Source: a virus
Taxonomy: Duplodnaviria > Caudoviricetes
IMG/VR virus record: IMGVR_UViG_3300020045_003119
Span: 1 to 25,035 of that record
Length of the DNA stretch: 25,035 nucleotides
Direction: 5' to 3' (one strand)
Part shown: piece by piece, positions 1-8,681 of the stretch
Layout of the letters: each line of letters starts with the position of its first letter
Numbering within the stretch: the first letter of the stretch is position 1
Notes under the pieces: model-generated
The model's input: only the letters and a program-made list of their open reading frames with translations
Told to the model about the DNA's origin: nothing
The model's database searches: none
Made by a program: the position numbers and the translations under genes

Positions 1-1057
1 AAACAAAAACATCATAAGGATTTGAAGAAGCTGTCGATATTTCAAAGTATAAATTTCTACGATAAGATATAAAGGATGGACTTCCTGTTGGAGGGTCGTA
101 AAATGCGTTGATATAATCCTTGTCAAAAGTCAATACATTGCTTGTCAAATCTAAATCAGCAAAACCAAAAGCTGCCGTGTCGATAAAATTTTCAAATACA
201 TCTTCAATTCTAGTACTTGAATCTTTAGATGTAAAATCTACCAACAACTGCTCTGGCTTAATTAAAAACTCATCTTGGTTTTTCAAGTACAAATACAACT
301 TACTAAATGTTAGACTTTGTATGAACGCACCATCGAAAGTAATACCATAACAAGATTGAATGTACTCTAATATCTTGGTTACTCTTAACGCTGGAAATAT
401 TTCATTAAACAATAACTTACCAAATGTGTTTGATATATCTTGTGATGGCGTTCCACTGTCTAAATAAAGTTTTCTTTTTGTTCCGATAACAGGGTAAAGA
501 ATATCATAGTCTGGGTCAGTAACCCTATCCTGAACTTCTGACAAATTGTAAGCGTGGTTTAACTCATCATAATAACTTACCCTTACCGAACTGTCAATGT
601 ATGATAATGAGTTTAATTTGTCGTCTTTAAAGCGTTCTTTTAACTGGACTAAATTACCTGTAAATTCAATAGAATAACTTTCAATTTTATTGTTTACTTT
701 TTTACTTCCTTTTAAAATGAATTTACCGTATCGAAAAGGTATGCTATCTATTTCTATGAATCCGTAATAACTTATTCTATGGTCAAAAGCACCGTCAACA
801 TCCAAAGGACTGTCTAAAGATGTTGCGCCAACCTCGCTATTATACCAATGCTTTAATATTTTATTATTGTGCTGTGACGCTGGAATAGTAAAAGACTTTG
901 AATAATCAGTAAATATTTTCCCTAAATCTCTAAAGTTTTGAATAGAAGACACCACGCTTATTGATTCGTCATCGAACATTTCAATTCTGTGAGCAACAGG
1001 CGTAAGTACAGATGCTACAAGCTCGTCAATGTAAATATATAGTTTAGCTGACCTCAT
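1..1057 (-). CDS. Putative virion structural/tail protein (partial, runs off the window start)
   Basis: ATG at 1055-1057 overlaps the TAA of the upstream gene (TAATG). The N-terminus translated by hand is MRSAKLYIYIDELVASVLTPVAHRIEMFDDESISVVSSIQNFRDLGKIFTDYSKSFTIPASQHNNKILKHWY, which resembles Bacteroidetes phage structural proteins. Absent from the ORF track, consistent with no stop inside the window. Confidence 0.7.
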   Translation of the reverse strand, partial: MRSAKLYIYIDELVASVLTPVAHRIEMFDDESISVVSSIQNFRDLGKIFTDYSKSFTIPASQHNNKILKHWYNSEVGATSLDSPLDVDGAFDHRISYYGFIEIDSIPFRYGKFILKGSKKVNNKIESYSIEFTGNLVQLKERFKDDKLNSLSYIDSSVRVSYYDELNHAYNLSEVQDRVTDPDYDILYPVIGTKRKLYLDSGTPSQDISNTFGKLLFNEIFPALRVTKILEYIQSCYGITFDGAFIQSLTFSKLYLYLKNQDEFLIKPEQLLVDFTSKDSSTRIEDVFENFIDTAAFGFADLDLTSNVLTFDKDYINAFYDPPTGSPSFISYRRNLYFEISTASSNPYDVFV

Positions 1058-2136
1058 TAATCTACATCGTTAATTAAGTTAAAAGCATATTCAAAGTCAA
1101 TTTGATAGTTAATCATTTTATCTGTTGTAGCTGTTTTCTTTGTCATAGTTTTGCTGACTATCATAACAGGAGTTTCATCTAACAAAATAGTTTCGCTATT
1201 CATTAACTCTGTAATAAGCTCTATATAGTTTTCCTCAACCCATCCTGTATTGACTTTTACCTTTTGCTTTTGCTGAAAATTAAAAGCTTTCTTTTGACCT
1301 CGATAAACATTGTAGTCATCTGCATCGGCAAGTAAATTATATTCTTTGTTTGTTGTTTCGTATTCGTCGGTTCTTACTTTAAAGAAAGTAATAAACTGCC
1401 AACCACCAGATGAATTAATGAAACTGCATTTAATCGGTGTGTAAAGACACTCATCTTCATTTATAAAATATATTCTCGGATGTAGTGTTGAATCATAAAT
1501 AAGCTCAACAGTATTTCCGTTTATAAGCCCGCTGTCTGAGGTTCTGTAAGGAACTTTAAACATATAAACACCGCTGTCATCTGCTGGCGTTAGTAATGTT
1601 GATTCATCTTGAATAACACCGCCTAAATTTCTGTATCTAGCAATTAAATCAAGCGTAAGTGTATTGTCATAATCAATAACAATATTAAAATATTGAAAGT
1701 TGTCGCTTCTTTTTATCTTAACTGTTTTGTTGGTTAAGTAGATTAAGTTTTCAGATGATGACTGATTCCAACCGCCCATGTAGTTTGTATCTCCGTTAAG
1801 AGCTATTAACTCCTCGTCATCTATTTCTGTCCAATCATCTAGTAAAGCCTCTTTATAAAATCTAACTACTTTAACTTTTCTCCACATTAAATACTCCTCT
1901 ACTGTAGGAGTAACTGCGCTAGGTTTTATAGCTTCAACATTCTCTTTGATGTAAGGAGAAATATTAAAATAACAAGTTGGTTGTGTTATATCTGGTATTT
2001 GTTTCTCTAAAATATAACTAGCTGTTGTAGGTTCTGTTTCATCACCACCCCAAACAAACAACTCAACTTTTGCAAAGAGTTGGTCTGTTTCGTTTATTGC
2101 AATTTTATAAGGGCTTCTTACTTGTATTACTTTCAT
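1057..2136 (-). CDS. Putative virion structural protein, 359 aa
   Basis: Long ORF in the late operon, coupled to both neighbours. C-terminal FINSSGGWQ...VNTGWV...YQIDFEYA pattern recalled from Bacteroidetes phage structural proteins. Confidence 0.6.
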   Translation of the reverse strand: MKVIQVRSPYKIAINETDQLFAKVELFVWGGDETEPTTASYILEKQIPDITQPTCYFNISPYIKENVEAIKPSAVTPTVEEYLMWRKVKVVRFYKEALLDDWTEIDDEELIALNGDTNYMGGWNQSSSENLIYLTNKTVKIKRSDNFQYFNIVIDYDNTLTLDLIARYRNLGGVIQDESTLLTPADDSGVYMFKVPYRTSDSGLINGNTVELIYDSTLHPRIYFINEDECLYTPIKCSFINSSGGWQFITFFKVRTDEYETTNKEYNLLADADDYNVYRGQKKAFNFQQKQKVKVNTGWVEENYIELITELMNSETILLDETPVMIVSKTMTKKTATTDKMINYQIDFEYAFNLINDVD

Positions 2137-2483
2137 TTTCTTGTTTGTGTTAATAGATTTTCTAAATCTAATTCAAAAGCCTCTATCAATTCTTTTGGCA
2201 ACTTTTCAAAAGCTTTTTCAAATGGTGAGTTCGGAGCTTTTTGTATTCCGTTCTTAACTAAACTAGGATTTGCACCTCTTACTCCTTTGTCTTGGAAATC
2301 CCCGTAATCTTCCATTAAGAATGATAATCCAAAACTATTTTTACCTACTTGCAAATCTGCCTTAATACTTTCGTATAACTTTCGACTAACCGATTTATTT
2401 TTGCGTGTTAGGTTAGCTCTTGACTGCATCACTACATACTTGGCAAACTTATTAAGAGCTATATTTACCTCGCTGTTTAACAT
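2133..2483 (-). CDS. Putative neck/tail-completion protein (HK97 gp10-like), 116 aa
   Basis: Basic N-terminal helix, SRKLYESI and MEDYGDFQDKGV motifs, and position next to a tail-terminator-like gene. Confidence 0.5.
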   Translation of the reverse strand: MLNSEVNIALNKFAKYVVMQSRANLTRKNKSVSRKLYESIKADLQVGKNSFGLSFLMEDYGDFQDKGVRGANPSLVKNGIQKAPNSPFEKAFEKLPKELIEAFELDLENLLTQTRK

Positions 2484-2905
2484 ATTGTCATATCGTTCGG
2501 AACTACAAACGAAAATGTTTGCTCGACACCAGCTAAATCATTTTCGAAACGGTCAGTAAAAAATGAAGATGTGGAAACATCGGTAAGCTCCCAATTCTGA
2601 CTGTTAAGATAACCTCGTCTTATACTGCCTAGTACTCTAAGTATTAAATCGGATTGTGTATTCCAAATAAAGTTTTTATTACTTAGAGGTGTTTTGTTTT
2701 CGTCAATCACATCCATACACAACACACTTACGTTAAAAGAAACTGTGCTTCCTAAATCTTGAAAACCCATAACCATAACATGAGTTAATGGATAGATTGA
2801 TTTCTTAGCTAAATTAACATCAAATATGTCGCCGTCAGTTGCTGTATTACAAAACGGTTCTTTTAAAAACTCAGCTTTTAATGTATCGATTGTTTCCTTA
2901 ACCAT
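2477..2905 (-). CDS. Putative tail terminator/completion protein, 142 aa
   Basis: Size, YPLTHV motif and C-terminal FTDRFENDLAGV beta segment; late operon context. Confidence 0.45.
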   Translation of the reverse strand: MVKETIDTLKAEFLKEPFCNTATDGDIFDVNLAKKSIYPLTHVMVMGFQDLGSTVSFNVSVLCMDVIDENKTPLSNKNFIWNTQSDLILRVLGSIRRGYLNSQNWELTDVSTSSFFTDRFENDLAGVEQTFSFVVPNDMTIC

Positions 2906-3646
2906 TCTTTTTAATTTTTGCTATTTCGATTTCGTTTTTTTCTTTCTCGTAAGATAACCAAGTAAAAGCTGGATGTATTCCTAATTCAGTTGCGTCATCA
3001 ATCTTGAAAGGGTCTCCTTTGGCGATCGCATAAAAGCTATTATACCATCCCCATTTTTTCCCAAATTGGCTTTCTCTTGAATAATCGCTTTCTGTTCCAT
3101 CGGTAACTCCTCCAAATAATCCATCGTAACGCTCAACAATTCTCTTTCTAAATCCGAAAAAAAAACCTGTGCGCCTAACACTATACTAACAGGAGTATCT
3201 TTCATAACCTCACTCCAATCTTTTGTGCCTTTATACTTTTCAATATCGTATAAGTGTTTAATCTTTTTAGTTATTGGTCTGTATAAAACCGCCATCATTC
3301 TATCCCACATTTCAATATTGCCAAAGTATTCGTCTAAGTCTGCAAACTCACCACCGCTCATTTTATCAAAGTTTGGAATTAACCCAAACTCTTTGTTGTT
3401 AATTTTGAATGTAGCTATTAATAGTTGTTTAACTTCAAATAGTCCAATCAAATGAGTATAAACCTCATCAATTGAATGCATCTGCATTGACCGAACGAAA
3501 TCCATTTCAACATTACAAAGTATGGAAATAGTTTTTTGGCGTGTAAATTCACTGTCTGGATTGTCTGTTATTAGTTTAACAAACTTTTGATACTGTCCTA
3601 GTGTAATTTCGTTTAATGATTCAGGAACTATTAACTTGCTTTTCAT
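2898..3646 (-). CDS. Predicted -1 frameshift extension product, about 249 aa
   Basis: After G-TTTTTTTTT-C the -1 frame stays open for about 86 codons (FGFRKRIVERYDGLFGG...QFGKKWGWYNSFYAIAKGD...KIKKNG*). It ends at TAA 2898-2900, overlapping the next start codon region. Confidence 0.65.
2981..3646 (-). CDS. Phage protein, 221 aa (frame-0 product of a probable frameshifting gene; tail assembly chaperone-like)
   Basis: ORF downstream of terL with EITLGQYQ motif. Contains a T9 run at 3157-3165. Confidence 0.65.
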   Translation of the reverse strand: MKSKLIVPESLNEITLGQYQKFVKLITDNPDSEFTRQKTISILCNVEMDFVRSMQMHSIDEVYTHLIGLFEVKQLLIATFKINNKEFGLIPNFDKMSGGEFADLDEYFGNIEMWDRMMAVLYRPITKKIKHLYDIEKYKGTKDWSEVMKDTPVSIVLGAQVFFSDLERELLSVTMDYLEELPMEQKAIIQEKANLGKNGDGIIAFMRSPKETLSRLMTQLN

Positions 3647-3682
3647 AACCTATTACCGTTTAAATGTTTGTTTTGTTATATG

Positions 3683-4888
3683 TTAGTGGACATTATATCT
3701 GCCTTGATTTGGCGCGCCTATTAAATCCCAAACGGCATAGCCTATTGCATCAAGTGCGTGGTTATAGTCATCAATAGGTGTTTGCGACTTCTTATCATGC
3801 CAAACATAATTGTTTAGTTCTTTTATTACATTGATACTGTCTGGAGAAACAATCAACTCATAGTCTTGCATTAAAGCAATTCTATCAACTATCTTAGGCT
3901 TATCTATTCCTCTTATGTTTAAACCTCGACTACTTAACTCCTCAATTAATCTAGGTTCTGCACTATCGGCTATAATAAGCGAACGTAATCCGCAATAACG
4001 ATTGTTCTCGGTATATATATCGCTTGTGGTTAGTTTAGGCTTGTAAAGTAATTCTTTGCAGTAAATCCTTTTGTTAGATTTATCAATTGATATTTGAATC
4101 AACGTCGTAGGGTCTACGCTAAAACCGAAATCTTGACCGAAAGCGTTTAAGTTTTGCTCAACAAAATTATCAATGCTCCAATTAGTAAACACAACGCCCT
4201 CTGCTTTATCTAGCCATCCGCCTAGTATTTGATGTTTGTATTTCTTTGGGTTAGTGTCTTTAATGCGCAATACTTCATCAATAAATGATTGCTCTAGGTT
4301 ATTAATATTGTCTCGGTAATCAGTATGGATATATGTAATGTCGCCTTTGATTCCGTTAAAACCCTCTTTTATTCCTTGCTCCTCAAAGAAACGTTTATAA
4401 ATCCAATGTTCTTTTGTAGACGGGTTGAGTATAAGTATTACCCTGTTTTGCGTTCCTTTTTGTCTAATAGATAGGTTTATCTTATCGAATGTTGCCTCGT
4501 CTGTCAACTCCTCTGCTTCATCTAATATCCAAGTTGTAACGCCTTGCAGTGATTTAAGATTTGCGGTTTGGTCACCACTACTTGTTTTGATTCCTCTGAA
4601 TATAATTTCGCTTTTAGAATGAACGTTTTTAATCTCTGATTTGTTAACCTCAAAAAATGAGTTCAACTTCATTAAATCAATCTTTTCTTGGAACTCTGGA
4701 ATGATTGATAAGTGAGCAGAAGTCATCGTTTGCCGTGTGAATAATATTTTATGCCCTGATTCAAACGACAAAAGGTTGGTAAATGTACCAACCCCGAAAG
4801 ATTTTGCTGAACCACGCCCACCTGTTAAAATGAAATACCTCGTGTTGTTTTCAAATAACGGTTTGTATTTATTGTTTAGTGTTATCAA
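3683..4888 (-). CDS. terL: Terminase large subunit (PBSX/Terminase_3-like)
   Basis: Walker A GGRGSAKS, Walker B WILDEAEE, coupling motif ILNP, RNase H-like nuclease motifs GQDFGF, DSAEP and DDYNHALDA. Confidence 0.95.
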   Translation of the reverse strand: MITLNNKYKPLFENNTRYFILTGGRGSAKSFGVGTFTNLLSFESGHKILFTRQTMTSAHLSIIPEFQEKIDLMKLNSFFEVNKSEIKNVHSKSEIIFRGIKTSSGDQTANLKSLQGVTTWILDEAEELTDEATFDKINLSIRQKGTQNRVILILNPSTKEHWIYKRFFEEQGIKEGFNGIKGDITYIHTDYRDNINNLEQSFIDEVLRIKDTNPKKYKHQILGGWLDKAEGVVFTNWSIDNFVEQNLNAFGQDFGFSVDPTTLIQISIDKSNKRIYCKELLYKPKLTTSDIYTENNRYCGLRSLIIADSAEPRLIEELSSRGLNIRGIDKPKIVDRIALMQDYELIVSPDSINVIKELNNYVWHDKKSQTPIDDYNHALDAIGYAVWDLIGAPNQGRYNVH

Positions 4889-5144
4889 AATTAATAACGT
4901 CTTTCAAATTAAAATCATTTAGTGTTAAGTTGGTATTGTTGTCAACTGTTTGCTTTGGCATGCCGTAACGATAACTAAGCCATGTCTTAATAGCTTGAAC
5001 ATCGCTTTCTTTTACTTTGTCTGCTAGTTTTTTCCAAGCTTCCTCAGGAACTAAAACAGCATCCATCGATTCTATTAATGAAAGTAGTTCATCTTTTTTT
5101 AATCTTCCGCTATTTGGTCTTGCCCCTCCGTGTTTCTTTTCCAT
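4869..5144 (-). CDS. Putative terminase small subunit
   Basis: N-terminal HGGARPNSGR motif, small helical protein, overlaps the terL start. Confidence 0.65.
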   Translation of the reverse strand: MEKKHGGARPNSGRLKKDELLSLIESMDAVLVPEEAWKKLADKVKESDVQAIKTWLSYRYGMPKQTVDNNTNLTLNDFNLKDVINFDNTKQ

Positions 5145-5167
5145 CTTGAAAAAATTTGAAATCCAAG

Positions 5168-5404
5168 TTAGTTACAAACTTTATCCCCAATCGAATACAA
5201 TCCAGCTAAAGTTCTTTGTCTTTGCGCTCCAGTACAATCGTTAGCTACTGTTGTAACTGTTTGAGTGTTTTGATTTGGCAAAGTGAATGATGTTGCCGAT
5301 AATACAGTTTCGCAATTACAGTTAGCTTGTGGTTCTCTTTGTTCGCTGTCTGTTGAACAACTGATAAAACTAATTATCGTTAGTATCGTTAGTAGTGCTT
5401 TCAT
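5168..5404 (-). CDS. Small Cys-rich lipoprotein
   Basis: Hydrophobic signal ending in lipobox FISC, then four further Cys residues. Confidence 0.6.
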   Translation of the reverse strand: MKALLTILTIISFISCSTDSEQREPQANCNCETVLSATSFTLPNQNTQTVTTVANDCTGAQRQRTLAGLYSIGDKVCN

Positions 5405-5753
5405 ATACTTGTTTTAAATCTTTAATAATATCCCTCCAACAACTTGAACAGTTAGTATCAACTACAATATCAAAAACTGACTTATAAATACTTGACAACT
5501 CTCTTTGCTGTATTGGATATAATACATTCTGTGGTTTTGAAAAGAACTCGATTAAGTATTCTTTATCTTTATCGGTTAGACAGTTTTTAACTCGTTTGCC
5601 GTATGGAAATAAATTATTTAAGTATTCTTTACGTTCTGGACATCCACAATCATCGCCAGCAATAGCATGAACTACTTTATCAATGCCTGTTGCTTCGGTA
5701 ATCTTTTCGATTGTATCGCCTAAGCCTTGTGATTTTTTTTTAGGTCTTGCCAT
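5370..5753 (-). CDS. Phage protein with Cys motifs, 127 aa
   Basis: SQGLGDTIEKIT...DCGC..RKEYLN..FPY and CSSC motifs; possibly Zn-binding. Confidence 0.6.
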   Translation of the reverse strand: MARPKKKSQGLGDTIEKITEATGIDKVVHAIAGDDCGCPERKEYLNNLFPYGKRVKNCLTDKDKEYLIEFFSKPQNVLYPIQQRELSSIYKSVFDIVVDTNCSSCWRDIIKDLKQVYESTTNDTNDN

Positions 5754-5898
5754 ATATTTTAAAATTATATTCTTTTAACCAAACAGTTGCTATGTCGTAA
5801 GCGTGTTCTAACTTCCTTATTTGAGCAAAGTTAGTAATATTTATTTTAACTTCAACATTTTTTCTGATATGAATGTAACATTGAATTATACTTATCAT
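5740..5898 (-). CDS. Small hypothetical protein, 52 aa
   Basis: Hand-translated MISIIQCYIHIRKNVEVKINITNFAQIRKLEHAYDIATVWLKEYNFKIYGKT. Fills the gap between neighbours and overlaps the next start. Confidence 0.5.
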   Translation of the reverse strand: MISIIQCYIHIRKNVEVKINITNFAQIRKLEHAYDIATVWLKEYNFKIYGKT

Positions 5899-5902
5899 AG
5901 AT

Positions 5903-6328
5903 TCAACACTGTTCTTCATGGTGTTCTATAATGTATTTTCTTAAAACTTCATTACAATTTTTAATCGTGTTAAATATGCTTGTTAAGCTTATTCCTGTTT
6001 GCTCACTTATATCACGCATTGATAGCTTTTCATTTACGTAAGTCAAGTAAAGCTTTCTTTCGTATGGATGCCAAGTGTCAATAAAATTATAAATATGCTC
6101 AGTTATAAACTGAGTTGGGGCTATGTAAAGACATTCTCTTTTTTCTTTTCTGAAATGGTCTGAGATTGTATCTCTAAGCATATAATAAAACAAAGCGTCG
6201 TTAATTCTGTTTTCTCTGTTTAAAGCTTTTATGTAAGCATCTTGTACCAAATCCTCAGCGACGTCATTAGCACCGAATGTTCTGGCTATTTTTATCCACT
6301 TTTGATGCTGGTTGTATATATGCTCCAT
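5903..6328 (-). CDS. Phage-encoded ECF-type (sigma-24-like) RNA polymerase sigma factor
   Basis: Region 2 AEDLVQDAYIK and region 4 HTH LSMRDISEQTGISLTSI. ATG at 6328 is preferred over the track start because a TACTTTTG -7 box occupies 6334-6341. Confidence 0.8.
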   Translation of the reverse strand: MEHIYNQHQKWIKIARTFGANDVAEDLVQDAYIKALNRENRINDALFYYMLRDTISDHFRKEKRECLYIAPTQFITEHIYNFIDTWHPYERKLYLTYVNEKLSMRDISEQTGISLTSIFNTIKNCNEVLRKYIIEHHEEQC

Positions 6329-6455
6329 TAACACAAAAGTAGTAAATTTTATTTATTACAAAGCTATTTATAATTATTTCTATTCTCCATCCACCAACTA
6401 ATAAACCCGCATAAAAAGCAGATTAGAATAAATGTTGTTGTTAGTTGGAGAGGGG

Positions 6456-6722
6456 TCATTTTACCGATTCTTTAGGCGTAAGTACCAACATAACACTTTC
6501 TGAATTATCAAACGTTCTTAGATAACCGCCTTGACAATTATTTATATCAACTGAAAATGGTTTAAATCGTTCTTCTCCAAACGAACCGTTTTTAACTGCT
6601 AAACTAATATTATCATTTGTTGTGATAAGTTTTAAAGCGAATTTTTCATCTTCTGTTTCTGGCGTGAAGTTTATTTGCTTTATACCGTTTGCGAATATTA
6701 CCGCTACTTTCATAATTTCCAA
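6456..6722 (-). CDS. Hypothetical protein, 88 aa
   Basis: ORF with GAAATT-ATG-type start context in the minus-strand operon. Confidence 0.55.
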   Translation of the reverse strand: MEIMKVAVIFANGIKQINFTPETEDEKFALKLITTNDNISLAVKNGSFGEERFKPFSVDINNCQGGYLRTFDNSESVMLVLTPKESVK

Positions 6723-6732
6723 TATTTAAAGT

Positions 6733-6948
6733 TTATTTATTATTTCTCAACTCCCCAACAACCGCCTTAGCACCGCCACTAGGTTTGTGAATGTTTACCC
6801 ATTGCTTGAATGATATATATTTAACCACTTCCAATCCGTGCGCTATTTGTTTACGGTTATGCAATGATATAATAGATGTTCGCTGTACCGGACAGGTTAA
6901 TTGTTGGTAGTAATTGGTTTGGGTGATTGTTTCGGTTGTGGTTGTCAT
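6733..6948 (-). CDS. Hypothetical protein, 71 aa
   Basis: ATGA overlap with the YopX gene stop. Confidence 0.45.
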   Translation of the reverse strand: MTTTTETITQTNYYQQLTCPVQRTSIISLHNRKQIAHGLEVVKYISFKQWVNIHKPSGGAKAVVGELRNNK

Positions 6949-7274
6949 GATAGTAGTTCAGGGTTTTCGTGAATATTGCCAATTATTTCGCTTTCGCACA
7001 TAAACACTACAGTATAAAATGAAGAATCGGTTTCGGAAACGGTAACTTGAAAGCCGTGATTTTTTTTAACTACAATACCCCAATTACCATTAATCGTTTT
7101 AATTATGTCCCCCTCATAAATATCTTTTCCGTTTTTGTCTTGTAGCCCTATAAATTGCATAAAAACATAATTAGCTCTATCAAAATCATCAAAGGTATAT
7201 TTATCTAATACTAAAGATTCCCAAGAATACATTTCATTATAAAACCAAGCCCTAAACTTTATCTCTCTGCTCAT
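6945..7274 (-). CDS. YopX family protein
   Basis: MSREIKFRAW, MQFIGLQDKNGKDIYEGDI and EIIGNIHENPELL signature motifs. Confidence 0.92.
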   Translation of the reverse strand: MSREIKFRAWFYNEMYSWESLVLDKYTFDDFDRANYVFMQFIGLQDKNGKDIYEGDIIKTINGNWGIVVKKNHGFQVTVSETDSSFYTVVFMCESEIIGNIHENPELLS

Positions 7275-7592
7275 AATTTCCTTAATTTACCACAAAAGCC
7301 ACAACTTCTAACATGGTTTCGCTTTCATGTTGTCGGTGAATGGCTGTTTGCTTATTATTTATTTCTCCCGATTCAGAACAGGATTTATAGAGTTGCGAAA
7401 CTATTACTGTTTTGAATTTCAAATATATACATTATTTCAATCGGTTGTATGCGGTGGCGGTAATTTAGAATCATTACCAATAAGATCCTGTAACGTTTCA
7501 ATCTTAATATCAATCAAAGCATTCATTATGCCTTTTGTTTTTTGAGATTGTAGGTTTTGAATTTGTTGGTGGATTTTGCGGGTGGTTGGCAT

Positions 7593-8018
7593 TTACTCGA
7601 CTGGTTTAACGTATTTCTTTTTAACCTCGCTTCGTCTGTTGATATTATCGACGTAATCAATATGTCTTTGGTTTAACAGTTCTCTAGCGTGGTCAAGTTG
7701 TTTTTTAGAACAGATTTTGTAAAAAATGCCTTGAGCGTTTAGAAATTTATTTGCCTTTATGAAAGTCGCTTTTGTTAAGAATTCCTTGTACAATTCACTT
7801 TTGTGTTCCAGATTAAAAAGCAATTCATTAATACCATCGTATCTAGGGTCAACCGATTTAATTAACTTAAAATGCTTTTGTAATTCCTTTGCTTCAATTT
7901 CTGCTTTTGTAGTTACTTTTTCAACTTTTAAAATATTCAAAAACAACTCTTTAGTAAAAGTCGGTTTTAAATTCATTATAAAAGCTAGTTCTTGGTAATT
8001 CAAATTTAAGTTCTTCAT
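7593..8018 (-). CDS. Hypothetical protein, 141 aa
   Basis: ORF downstream of a TATATTTG -7 box at 8041-8048. Confidence 0.6.
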   Translation of the reverse strand: MKNLNLNYQELAFIMNLKPTFTKELFLNILKVEKVTTKAEIEAKELQKHFKLIKSVDPRYDGINELLFNLEHKSELYKEFLTKATFIKANKFLNAQGIFYKICSKKQLDHARELLNQRHIDYVDNINRRSEVKKKYVKPVE

Positions 8019-8077
8019 AGTTTTCTATTTTTTAATTAAACAAATATAATTCATTCCGAATTAAGAATTATTCTAAA

Positions 8078-8365
8078 TTACCTCCAAACCCTCCCCATCT
8101 CCTCACTACCAATCTTAAACATAAAACTATCGTCGTACCCAAACTGAAACCCTATTGTTTCGTCGGTGTCTATGTAGCGGATTGCGTAGAGCCAGATTGA
8201 TTTATAACTGCTTAGCTTCGGGTTCTCTTTGTTCTCGATATACTTTTTCGGTTCGGTCATTACTTGCTTAGTTCCTACATACTTAAACACCCTATTGTTA
8301 TTCGGGTCTGTTTGTAATTCGTTGTTTAAGTAAATTGTTAATGTGTCTGTTTTAATTTTTTGCAT
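8078..8365 (-). CDS. Hypothetical protein, 95 aa
   Basis: Overlaps the VRR-NUC gene end. Confidence 0.55.
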   Translation of the reverse strand: MQKIKTDTLTIYLNNELQTDPNNNRVFKYVGTKQVMTEPKKYIENKENPKLSSYKSIWLYAIRYIDTDETIGFQFGYDDSFMFKIGSEEMGRVWR

Positions 8366-8681
8366 GGATTAAGTTTTTAAATTGTGTTAAATCTCTAATT
8401 ATATGGTATTCAAAACCATTTTCAGTTATTATTTTTTGCCATTGCTTTTGCTCGTTGCTTTGTATTCCATCTTCTGTTTTAAATTCAATCATTAATGCCT
8501 TTCCGTTTTTATAATAAACCATATCGGAACGCCCTTTTATAAGTCCTAAAGATTTATTTTGATTGCCTTGAATTTTGTTAGCTGAATTATTCAGATTGTA
8601 GCATAGTAACCCCCTTTCGTTTGGAAAGTTATTCCAATGCCATTGAAAACATGAACTATGTAATTGTATCTCGGTTTGCAT
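8352..8681 (-). CDS. VRR-NUC domain nuclease (PD-(D/E)XK)
   Basis: GLIKGRSDM...MIEFKTEDGIQSNEQKQW motif; adjacent to an SF2 helicase. Confidence 0.85.
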   Translation of the reverse strand: MQTEIQLHSSCFQWHWNNFPNERGLLCYNLNNSANKIQGNQNKSLGLIKGRSDMVYYKNGKALMIEFKTEDGIQSNEQKQWQKIITENGFEYHIIRDLTQFKNLIHAKN

